Part shown: piece by piece, positions 52,730 through 64,000 of the stretch
How the letters are laid out: each line of letters starts with the position of its first letter
Numbering within the stretch: position 1 is the stretch's first letter
Assembly (NCBI RefSeq): GCF_006345805.1
Contig: NC_042997.1
Location: 27,156,001 to 27,220,000 of the forward strand
DNA: 64,000 nucleotides
Source: Octopus sinensis
Lineage: Eukaryota
Reading direction: 5' to 3'
Translations under genes and position numbers: made by a program
The notes under the pieces: model-generated
The model's input: only the letters and a program-made list of their open reading frames with translations
Database searches by the model: none
What the model was told of the DNA's origin: nothing

Positions 52730-53830
52730 GAGGGTCATCCAAGTATAAAACCATTTGACTTGGCAATCAGAAGAGGTTATTCTGTGCATCCGAGTCACTA
52801 TGAATGTTTCTTTTTGAGGCTGCTTCTTCATAAAATAAGCGAACCGAATTCCTCTTCCTTCCTAAGAACGATTGATGGTCAAACTGTTCGTACATACAGA
52901 GAAGCTTGTTTAGCCTTAAATTTGTTAGATGACAATTAGTGGGATAGAACAATGGCTGAGACTTCAGTATTCCACACACATCTATTTATTTGAGAGATCG
53001 TTATGCAATTCTTCTCCTGCATTGTGAAGTAATCCATAAGTGTTGTAGCACAAATATATGAATGATTTATCAGAAGACTACAAATATCAAGCACAATTAA
53101 GATTCACCGAGAGGGAAATAGCATTCAACTCTGACATATATTATTCTGCATTGGTTGATATTGCAGATTGCGTTGTCTCAATGGGGGAGGAGGAGCTCAG
53201 CAAGTTTCGCTTACCTGAAAGTCATCGAAATGTGGTGAATAATTTGATCATAGAAGTTTTGCGAGAAACTATGATTTTGATTCATTAACAAGATTCCTTG
53301 AAGAAAATGTCCCGAAACTTTTACCAAACCAACAACTTGCATATAAAACAACCATTGACCAAGTGACACGTAAGAGAGAGAGGTTATATGTTTTAGATGC
53401 ATCAGGAGGAACTGAAAAACTTTTGTTACAAATTTAGCGCTAGCCCAAGTCCGGCAGAAAAATGGAACCAGCTGTAGAGAGCTCTGGAATTGCTGCGACT
53501 TTATTCCCAGGAGGTCGAAAACCTCACGTAACATTTAAGCTGCCATTCAATCTAGTTCTTCTTTTGCTCAAGTTCTCATGAAATGTTCTATGATTATATG
53601 GGACCAAGCTAAAATGTCCCCACCAAAAATCAGTTGAAGCTATTAACAGAAGGCTGCAGGATTTGCGCAATTCCAACTTTTTTATCGAAGTGTAACAGTA
53701 GTATTTTCAGGTGATTTCAGACAAACTTTGCCAGTGATTCCCAGGGGAACAAATGCAGATGAATTGAAGGCATACTTGAAATCTTCTGTTTTATAGAAAC
53801 ATATCAAAATGTTAAAGCTTTCTACAAATA
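52730..53830 (+). mobile_element. Decayed Helitron Rep/helicase (PIF1-like) fragment
   Basis: VHPSHYECFFLRLLLH, FLRTIDGQTVRTYREACLAL, LDASGG.EK.F (Walker A), SGIAATLFPGGR, IIWDQ and SGDFRQTLPVIPRG. Contains stops and frameshifts. Confidence 0.88.
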
Positions 53831-53879
53831 TTCCTTTTATTATGAGTGGGTATGGCTTCTACCATATTATGAGTTCTTA

Positions 53880-55210
53880 TTTCCTTGTCCTCGGGTTTAT
53901 CCTTCCGGCGGATTTCATTATAGAATGTCCTAGCTACAACGTATTATCCCATCGGTATATAATACCGTGATGACATTTTCGGATTACTGCTTATTATGTG
54001 GGAGATATCTTCAGTGTGAACTCCACAAAGTCGGCATCGGTTGCCACACTTTACGGCTTTGCCTGCATCTCTATCCCTTTTGTACATCAGGTACTTGGTT
54101 GATATTTCCTGTACCTAGATTGCGATCGCATACCCTTCAAAGTGGGAGGTAGTAATCCGGCTATTGGTCCATGATGGATGCTACTATCATCACGGAGCTT
54201 TCTAGTAACATAACCATGCATAGTCTTCTGCTCATATATGCTCATCTTTTCATCTGATGATACATTGCTGTATAGTCGTGCAACTTCTTTGGGCATCTAT
54301 TCTGGGTTATCAATCAAGCAGTGTTGCTCAAGGAGCTGCTTTCCAAGCCTCATGTATGCAAAGTTGCTCAAGGGATAGACTTCGACACTTGGTGGTTAAA
54401 AGATGTTGCTGAAGGGATGTGATGCGTTATTGAAAGGCATTTTGGATCGATGTTAAGCCTCTTCCACCTTGTTTTCGCTTTAGATAGAAGCGGTCTACAT
54501 CACTGTTTATGTGGAAATTATGTGTGCTTGTCAGTATATTTCGGGTTTTCACATCAATGACTCGGAACTCCTCAAGCGTCCAATCAAGCAGCCCAAATGT
54601 TGGGCCACTGTTTTATTGAATGCAGAGAGTTCTGAGGTCTAAGTTTTCTTTGTTTGGCTGTAATATTTTTTAGTTACACGTGTTTTGTTACAGGTGCCAC
54701 TGTAAGATATATTTTCAGCCACCCCTAGATACCTGTAACATTCCTCGTCAGATACAGGGGAAACAGTCATATCATTAATGGAGATATTACTACTCTGGTT
54801 TACAGTTTATCCAGTTTATCCAGACCAACGTCCAATCTTACATCCTTTGAGAATGAAACTAGCTCAAGGCTCTTTTTCATCTCATGCATATTCTTTACAT
54901 AAAGTTTTAAGTCATCCATAAAGAAACAGTGTGCAATTTTAGTATTTCTGTTTCCTTATGAAACAGTGAAACATCCTTCAGAATGACAAGGGGTTTACAT
55001 GAAGTATATACAACATCACAGAGAGACTGTCTCCTTTGAATATGGCTTTGCGATACTGTAGTCTATCGGTGATAATACATTTACTTTTTGTGTTTAATTT
55101 CAAGATGGTGACCTCACGATGAAGTCATGTCAGCTATAAATTTATGGAACTTTAACAAGTTGAAGGACTTCTAGGATCAATGAGTGGGGAATAGAGTCAA
55201 AGGCTTTCTT
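53880..55210 (-). mobile_element. Decayed Dong/R4-type retrotransposon (RT, thumb and CCHC); same subgroup as 9900-11420
   Basis: IFKGDSLSV, FFMDDLKLY, CYRYLGV, DVDRFYLKRKQGGRGL and CRLCGVHTEDISHIISS. Confidence 0.82.
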
Positions 55211-55825
55211 GTAGTCTAGTGACGTATGTATGTATGTATGTATGTATGTATGTATGTATGTATGCATGTATGTATGTAGTATGTATGTATGTATAAAAAT
55301 GTCTCTGTATATGTGCCTATGTAGATATGCGTGTTTTTATGTATGCATATACGTATTAAATATTAAACTGAAACCGTGTTATAAAAGTAGATATAAGTAA
55401 TATACACACGCACAGTTTAACTGAAGTAAAGTTATAATCAGTTTTCTAATAGTAGTTTTGTTGTGCATAAAGCATGTAAGTACATACGTGTATGTAACTG
55501 GGCAAGTGTGCGTGTTACTGTCTGTGTCTGTGTCTATGCATGTGTGTGTGTGTTTTTGTGTGAGTGTGCGTGTATGTGTATGTATGTGTGTTTGTGTGTG
55601 CGCGCGTGTGAATATTAGTGGATCTACGAGTAACTTTCACTGATACAGTTCGATCAAAGATGTAAATATTAATGTGAAAATTACTAAATCAATCTTTACG
55701 GATGAAATCCCTGGAGATATTTGTTTCGACCATTTTGCGAAGACAACTCATTGTTCCTTTCTCTTCTGCAAATAGTGTTAAGTAGCTATTGGAATATTGA
55801 AAATTTGTAACCGCCAAGGTTATTG

Positions 55826-56868
55826 TTTGAAAATTGCAATGAAAAGAAACTGAAAGCGGGAGATTGGCTCTATGGAATTATGTAGAGACAATAGGAACTT
55901 GGTAGAACCGACGATTTGAATTTAATCAGTAAAATTTCTCCGCTGTTTAGCTTCGACACGGATTTAATCTTCAGGCTTTTTGAAGCAGTGTGAGCATCAC
56001 AATGCAGCTGATTATGCAATATCTGATGAGTATTTTGTTAGCTGCCCGTGTCAAATATAATACATACTTCATAGAGATTAAGATAAGTATCAGTACCGCA
56101 TTAAACCAAGTCTCCTTTATGGAAGCACTCCGTCGGTTACGACGACGAGGGTTCCGGTTGATCCGAATCAACGGAACAGCCTGCTCGTGAAATTAACGTG
56201 TAAGTGGCTGAGCACTCTACAGACACGTGTACCCTTAACGTAGTTCTCGGGGATATTCAGCGTGACACAGAGAGTGACAAGGCCGGACCTTTGAAATACA
56301 GGTACAACAGAAACAGGAAGTAAGAGTGAGAGAAAGTTGTGGCGAAAGAGTACAGCAGGGATCACCACCATCCCCTGCCGGGGCCTCGTGGAGCTTTAGG
56401 TGTTTTCGCTCAATAAACACTCACAACGCTCGGTCTGGGAATCGAAACCGCGATCCTATGACCGCGAGTCCGCTGCCCTAACCACTGGGCCATTGCGCCT
56501 CCACCAAGTCTCCTTTACACTCCTAACAATAAAACAGTGCTAATGGTTTTGAAGAATATTCTAGTCCAACTTTGTGACTACTCAATATTGCTGACTGATT
56601 TGTCTTTTAAATCACTTGAGTCGATTGAGACGGCTTGTATACTGGCTAATGCAGCTTCGTTAAATTAACTGCAGAAATATAATAAAGTTTGTAGCCGTTA
56701 AATGCAAACCTAAGTGCGTTCTGGAACTTTATTTTGTATTCAAAAGCTACCGAAATCGAATTTGCAGTTAATCCTTTAAGGATGGGTAAAATAATGTACG
56801 AGTCTAGTTCTAGCGTCGATAAAATCAACTAACATCTTTTCCTGAAAATGGCGGCCCTATGCGTAAAT
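55826..56868. promoter_or_regulatory. Possible promoter-like unique DNA split by a SINE (weak)
   Basis: GCGGGA (E2F-like) at 55856, ATTGG at 55863, TTTGAA (CHR-like) at 55826 and 55915, and AAAATGGCGGC (YY1-like, ATG at 56848). Short motifs only. Confidence 0.2.
56120..56503 (-). mobile_element. SINE A1
   Basis: Full length; 14-bp TSD ccaagtctccttta at 56106-56119 and 56504-56517. Confidence 0.92.
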
Positions 56869-57266
56869 CAGAAAGCTTCTGGTGTAATTTAATTCAAATG
56901 TCCATAACTAGTACTTCAATAACGCCATTTATGTATCTCAATTATAATAATACCTCGTTAAATCCTTGTATTCTATGAACACTTCAAAATATAATTTTTT
57001 TCCATAGACGTTTTGCTCTTTTTCCTTTATTTCTTGGAGTCTTTGGCTGACGTTTATCGCTGTTATTGGTAATAAATGCCATGAAATGATAGTTATGTAT
57101 AGTAAATGATTAATTTGGAAATTGTGAATAAAGTAATTATTCGATTTTAGGTTTTGAAATATTAACCCTGCCAAGCATTAACGAATATACACACACGGCA
57201 TATATTCATGGATACGCACGTATATATATGTATGTTTATTTATCATTATACATACCACAGACAAAC

Positions 57267-57306
<40 letters not shown>

Positions 57307-57507
57307 TATATATATATTATACACATATATACATATATATATATAATGCGTGTATATATATGTATATATATGTGTATATATATATGTGTGTGTATATATA
57401 TGTATGTGTATAAGTATATATGTATACATATGTATATATATATATATATAATATATATATACATATATATATATATACTTATATATATACACACACACAC
57501 ACACACA

Positions 57508-57557
<50 letters not shown>

Positions 57558-58404
57558 AAGCAGTTAAGCACATAGGCCATTAAAGTGAATTGTATATTTG
57601 TTTCAAATAGCATATAAATACATTTATATGTATGTACGTTTGTATCCTGTAACTTATTGTCCGTCACCCTATCTTTGTAGCAACAGATCTAACAATTTAT
57701 CAAACCCACACCTTAGATATTCATGATAAATATTATCAGGTGAAGCGGACATCCCTCAATTTCCTTCTACCACCCGCTTTCATTTCATTTTACGAAAACT
57801 GCTTAATGTAATTAAGAGTTGTTTTTTTTATCTTTCCCCATTTATTTATTTATAAATTTATAAATTTAGTTTAGATTTAATGCTCTCCTTATCTGGTTTG
57901 AATGTTTCAACACTCACTGTCTTTTTCTAGTGTGTTTACATAGATTCAATGAAGCAGGGATCCCACAAGTGGGATATCTGATAATACATTATTGGTGAAA
58001 TTACTGCTGATATTTTTGTTAAACACGCAAGCTATGATAGGTTCAAGTAATAAATTATTCGTTCATTTCATTCGTTAATAGAAAAATTAGCTTATCAGCA
58101 ACATTGATATACATAAGCAGAAAGAAAATAATGAAAATGAATATGAACAAAACATTAACATCACTTAATGTTAAAAATGCAAAGAGCAATTATATTACTA
58201 TGGGGAATAACTTTCTTATTTAGGAACCAGGTCAACATTTTTTTAAGGAAAGGAGTGGGTATCTGTTGGACTCCAGAGGTATAGATGACAGATTTGAGCT
58301 GAGAAAATATAGAGCCTAGAAAACTTATTTGACTTCCTCGACGAACTAACGATCGATATAGCTCAGTCTTTTTATAAATATTTCTACGATAGGTCGTAGG
58401 CTAA

Positions 58405-59020
58405 GGGGATGAGCTAGCAAAATCGTTGGCAGGCCGGACAAAAATTCTTAGCTGATACTTCTTTCGGTTCTTTGCTGAGATGCTGAGTACAACTCCCGCC
58501 GAAGTCGACTTTGCCTTTCATCAATTGGAGATCGATAAAATAAATACCATGTGAGCTCTGGAGTGGATGTTATCGATTTCGCTTCTCAAGATTGCTGGTT
58601 TTGTTTTGAGCCAAAAATTAGAAAGTATTTCAATAATGATCTTTCAATTTTCATACATGGTGTTTGATGGCATATATCTCAGTAATTGACTGATACTTTA
58701 TTTCATTGATCACAGAAGGAAGAACGGCAAAGTTGACCTCGGCGTGATTTGAAATCAGATTAACAACCGGAAGAAAAATCACAAGGTATATTTTCTATTT
58801 ATTAAAGGATTTTGCTAATCTGCCAGCAATAGTTCTTTCTAACATAAGCATAGAACCAGAGAACTTAGAAAGCCGAGTTGGTCCAGTAGATCGATGCCAG
58901 TATTTGATCGGTACTTTGTCTTATCGACCCTGAGCGGTCTAAAGGGAAACTTAACATCGGCAAGGTTTGAACTCAGCACGAGAACATGTAATAAAATCAT
59001 ATAGACTAGTGCCCAAAAGA
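58405..59020. mobile_element. Cluster of old SINE C copies (58405-58625 plus; 58675-58825 and 58850-59020 minus)
   Basis: gaagtcgactttgcctttcatc on the plus strand and ggcaaagttgacctcggcg on the minus strand. Confidence 0.6.
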
Positions 59021-59065
59021 TTTTGCAAATCCTCTACTCTAAATAATTTTGTATAATTTTGTATA

Positions 59066-59466
59066 AGCACAGGAATGGCTGTGTGGTAAATAGCTTGTTT
59101 ACCAACCACATGGTTCCGGGTTCATTCCTACTGCGTGGTACCTTGGGCAAGTGTCTTCTACAAAGTCTCGGGTCGACCAACGCCTTGTGAATGGATTTGG
59201 TAGACGGAAACTGAAAGAAGCCCATCGTATATATGTATGTATATATGTATGTGTTTGTGTGTGTTTGTCCCTCCCCCCAACATCACTTAACAACGGATGG
59301 TGGTGTGTTTACGTTCTCGTAACTTAGCGGTTCGGCAAAACTGATCGATAGAATAAGTACTAGGCTTACAAAAAATAAGTCCTAGGGTCGATTTGCACGA
59401 CTAAAGTCGGTGCTCCAGCATGGCCGCAGTCAAATGACTGAACCAAGTAAAAGAGTAAAACAGTAA
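59066..59466 (+). mobile_element. SINE B
   Basis: Full length, more diverged than the 3394 copy. Confidence 0.85.
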
Positions 59467-60395
59467 CCCATCCTCCAAAGATTTTTGACGCGGGGTTAAG
59501 ATGATTACACTGACGCCAGTGCTGCATTTGTAACGGCTCTTCACAGCTCATTATAGCAACAGATGTATTAGTTTCTAAATCAGGGCACAAGATCTAATAT
59601 TAGAAGCAGGCTGAAGCGGTTAATCGTTACTGTCCACTACCCGTGCTTGTCTTGTATTTCATTTTATCGAATTCCAAATTGATAAAAGAAAATTTTAGCG
59701 ACAGGATTTGAACTAAGAATGAAAAGGACTGTAACTATATATCGCAAATATTTTTCTTCAACGTTCTAAACATTTTGCCAGTACTGCACGTAATAATGTT
59801 TTATACATGTGCATAGCCAGAAACTTGGGAGTATGAAATAAATCGATTCTGTTTATCCAAACACTTGATACGTATTTATATAATCGATCTTTAATGATGA
59901 ATATTCTTGTTAATATTACTGGGACTTGAACTCAGGGCGTAAAAAGCTCTATGGTTAATAATCTTAGAGTTTATATTAGCCACAGAGGACAATTACATGT
60001 TGGATCATTTTATTTATGCAATTATATGAAATGTTAAAAACAAAATAGTGATCTAGGCACAAAAATATGTGAAGCTAACAAGACGAAGTCCTGCGAAAAA
60101 TGGGAAGAGCCAAGGTCTTTGTAGAAATAACGTATTTTAAGAATGAACTTAGAATCAGAAGACAGCGCATTTGAGTGTCGTTGTGGTCGAATATTCTTTA
60201 CAAGGCGGCGCGGCAACATGGCCGTAGTCAAATGACTGAAACAAGTACAAGATAAAAGATATGCTAAAAACTAACATTCCAGAAGACATATAAATTTTGA
60301 AAAGTGTAAAGGGTTTGGTTTTTCATTCCATGTCTTTATTCATTCCCTATGTATAAAGCCTTCAAATGATTTTTTTGCTATCATATATGATCACT

Positions 60396-60697
60396 GTGGA
60401 GGCACATGGCCTAGTGGTTAGAGCAGCGGACTCACGGTCGAGGGATCGCGGGTTCGAATCTCAGACCGGGCGATGTGTGTGTTTATGAGCGAAACACCTA
60501 AACTTCATGCGGCTCCGGCAGAAGGTAATAGCGAACTTCGGCTGATTCTTTCGCCACTACTTTCTCTCAGTCTTTCCTCCTGCATCATGCAGCTCACCTG
60601 CGACGGACCGGCGTCCCGTCCAGGTTGAGAACCTGTATGCCAAGGAAACCGGGAAACCGGCCCTTATGTGCCAGGCATGGCTTGAGAATGAACAAAC
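60396..60697 (+). mobile_element. SINE A2-related subfamily
   Basis: A box tggcctagtgg and B box ggttcgaatct; 11-bp TSD atatgatcact at 60385-60395 and 60698-60708. Confidence 0.85.
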
Positions 60698-62303
60698 ATA
60701 TGATCACTACATAGATTGCTTTGTGTTAATCAGATGTCATAAGAGTTTGTATATCTATTGATTTCCCCTCCGACCATCTGTTATTCTTCGTAACCTTACC
60801 TCTCACTACTTGCACATAATCTACCTCAAAGGTGACGTAAAGTCTGCGTCGTTTTTATATCCTTTTTCTTGACCTTTATTTATTTGCACAAATACAGTTG
60901 TATATCATAGCTGCGCAGCCAGCTTACGCGCTTCGTTTTCATCTCTGAAGATTTGTAGGAATTATATCATCTAAGTTAAAATTCATTCAAATAACGGCCA
61001 GTAACATCTGTAAATATTACAAAAATGTCCTCGTTCCTGATAATAGATTCTTCATCTTGCCACAATAACATCGTTAGGAAATGTATCGACTTTCTTGATA
61101 ACACGGTACTACTAAACTAATCTTATTTCTACATCATGCATATTTGATTTTGTAAATTACCACTGTAACTGAAGACGAATTATAAATTCCTGATTTAACA
61201 CAAACTAAATTTGGGCAATCTTGTCGTCTATCACTAACATAGTTATTGTTTCTGATATTTCATTATATTAAATCTTTTCGTCCTATGCTGGTCTTATAAC
61301 AAAGCAACAATATTTTCATTGATTTTGTTGCGTCTACATTTCAGTATCTTTTATCATTTTTGCCATAGGGGATTATCATATTTTTTATGTAGACGCCATT
61401 ATCTATAAGTCTCCAAAACAGAAAAAATAAAATACTAAAAGTAGCCCACCTCTGTTGATCTTGATGAAAATAAAGTCCAACTTTTTCAGAATGTACTGCT
61501 CTTTATTAATCCAAATGACGAAAAGATCTCATAGACACTGAAACAGTGGAATCTCAAACTTATTTTAGCCTTCAGAAATTACGCAGTATATACTGTCCCA
61601 GGTCGGCATTATATATATCATAATAGTAATTCCTTATTTAGGCAATGCCTGGAATCTCATTCGATTTCATTAGTATATATACAATTACATGACACATTAA
61701 AATCTAGGGAATTTACAAAAACGTTTGGGATTAAAGGAAATAAATCGAATGTTATAATGCCGGGGTGTCGTGTAAAGAAAGAATTCTAAAAGTTTGAACT
61801 AAAACAAGGACATGTGATAAGTAAATAACTATATAGAAGAGCAGATACTAAATATGATAAATCTACTTTTTAAAATCCCATACTGAAAGATTTAGATTTA
61901 CCCTCCTACACAAATGAATGGGAAGACACTGATTAGGCAGGATTAAGCCAAAACTCGTCACTTCCCGCTTGACATGCAATATTGAAAAAGGATGTACCTT
62001 TAACATCTTAGGTGCACCGAGAAAAAATACCTTGCGGGTATTTCCGGTTTAGCATGTGATAACTTTCTCCTGATGTTTACACTAAGTGTTTTTGTTTTTT
62101 GTTTTTCCTTATCTTTGTTGCCAGTTAGTATATCCTTCTCTCGTTCGTTTGTTAGCTCGATTATGCAGTCGGAAGAAATTTGTATACTGAACGACAGAGA
62201 TTCTTATTCTTTTTTTTTTAATTTTACGTGCCTGAAGTTCCAGTTCAGCCCTACATTTCTGTTGGCTTTGTTCTTTCTGTACTTTTTACCTTCTTTGTTA
62301 CAG

Positions 62304-62461
62304 CATCTTAGACTGGTACAGTTGGCTAAAGGAGGAAAATGCACTGACTCATCGGCTTCTGGAAACTATGATTTTCAGGTTCTTCATACACTTGGAACCT
62401 GCTCTATCACTCTCCCAATCATTATTAATACTGGTAGTAGCCAAGGGATTTTTGATTCCAG
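62304..62461 (+). other. Candidate internal exon of an unidentified host gene (158 nt)
   Basis: Long polypyrimidine tract ending ttgttacag|, donor cag|gtaagc, unique sequence. Two frames are open (HLRLVQLAKGG.. and ILDWYSWLKEEN..). No homology recognised. Confidence 0.4.
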
Positions 62462-62656
62462 GTAAGCTTCAAGCACTTATGCTTGAGTGATCTTTTTTTT
62501 CAGAAATTCTGGAGATCCGACCACTAGTGCTCTGAAACCAATGTCTCGGTTGCTATTTATTTTCCTGATACATTTCCTAATTCTGTAGGCTGAAAACATT
62601 TAGGTTATTTCTTTATCGCACGTATAGTAACTCGGCTGTCTACCACACAGATCTAA

Positions 62657-62749
62657 TTTCATCGCCCCAACACGAAATGTGTTGGGGCGATGAAAGTATT
62701 TTGGAAAGGCTTTATAGTGTTCACTATAACACTTTATAGTGTTATAGTG
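62657..62749. repeat. Two adjacent perfect hairpins (17-bp stem with 5-nt loop; 12-bp stem with 4-nt loop)
   Basis: tttcatcgccccaacac-gaaat-gtgttggggcgatgaaa (62657-62695) and cactataacact-ttat-agtgttatagtg (62722-62749). Confidence 0.85.
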
Positions 62750-63283
62750 TATCGGTATGTAACAGACTTGTTTAACTTACTTTGGTACTTTTCGCCATTC
62801 CTGAAATGTAAGCATGTGACCGGTACACCTCATTTTGGCCAAGTGAGTTTAATGTTCTGCCTTACATCGGCAAGCTCTATAAGTAATCGTTACTTCGCTG
62901 GTACATCAAAAACTCCGGTTTCCCAAGTGAGAGTCATACACTCTCATAAAGCGGTTAGGAAGTTACACACTCTGCTTGATCCTCCAGCTCTGGTATTTTT
63001 GAGCGTTTATAAATTAACTCTCCTATAATTGATTTTAGTGTGTTACTGGCTACATTACAAAAAGTAGACATCAGCGAAGCTTGTGTGTTTATGCTGCTGT
63101 TTTCGAAAATAAGTTTTCTTTTTATTTCATTATATCAATATTTTTGTGAATTGTGACAGAGAGATTCTTTCATTTATTTCTTTACATATGTCGGCTATAA
63201 ATATTCATTTTTAAACGGAAATGTTTACCAGAATTGTTAGAGCTGTCAAGAATAACAAAAACTCTTCTTCACAGCTCAGCACC

Positions 63284-63284
<1 letters not shown>

Positions 63285-63373
<89 letters not shown>

Positions 63374-63377
63374 AATA
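63285..63377. repeat. (AAT)n microsatellite
   Basis: Directly visible. Confidence 0.95.
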
Positions 63378-64000
63378 CAGTTCCCTCTGGCTGAACACAC
63401 AAACGATTATCAGAAAAATTTTAAAAACTTTAATAACTACAATTCTCTGAGAAAACTTTTGTTATGAAAATTTAGCTGTGAGTATTTGGCGGTGAAAATT
63501 TAGCTGTGAGTATTTTAAATTTCCTTCTAAACAAGTTGAAAATCATGCATATCCACAATTTTCTCTGGCTGAATATACAAACGATCATCTTCAAAAACTT
63601 TGAAACTTCAATACCTACAACTTTCTGTGAATACCTGTCCTTTCCTGAATATTCGAAAATGTAAACATCCTTTTAATACGAAAACACTATTGGCCGAACA
63701 CAGCTAATATTCACATTAGTTGAGGCTCACATAAGTTGATCCTTACAGGAGTTTCTCCTCACATCAGTAGATATATGGAAGAAACATCAACTGAACTGTC
63801 TTGCAAACCACTTCGACGTCACCGACTTCTAAATTCAGATCGCAGAAGGACGTTTCTAAATACTAGATTACATTTTGTTCTGCTGATTTTACTTGCCCAT
63901 CAATTTATATATTAATCTTTGCACAAAAAATAGTGGTTCTATTTAAATGTCACTACACACACATACACATACATACATACTTGAAATTTTAGTTAATGAC

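Noticed and set aside
61440-61530. Minus-strand 88-nt AG..GT segment as an exon
   Set aside because: All three frames contain stops; it could only be a UTR or terminal exon and there is no supporting evidence.

Overview
Eukaryotic, AT-rich, very repeat-dense DNA with no prokaryotic features: no operon, CRISPR array, rRNA gene or intact tRNA gene. The SINE families and microsatellite load suggest a coleoid cephalopod (Octopus-like) intergenic or intronic region; this is inference from memory, not a search. No intact protein-coding gene can be supported, and the long ORFs in the track are microsatellite or SINE artefacts. Recognisable content: three main tRNA-derived SINE families (about 30 copies, several with exact target-site duplications); two decayed mariner transposases; eight Dong/R4-type (RLE) and four Tx1/L1-type retrotransposon fragments, most nested around (ATT/TAA)n tracts at 18-28 kb; a CR1-type LINE 3' part; a Penelope-like RT fragment; and a Helitron Rep/helicase fragment. 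The best candidate for a hidden system is a set of minimal type-I hammerhead ribozyme motifs at four sequence-unrelated loci (14.0, 31.9/32.2, 42.2 and 45.2 kb). All have a self-complementary helix III, and one inverted pair carries a compensatory U3-A8 core. Hammerheads in Penelope-like elements and retrozymes are a known class, so any novelty lies in these particular families and arrangements. All folds and translations were done by eye, and most element boundaries are approximate.
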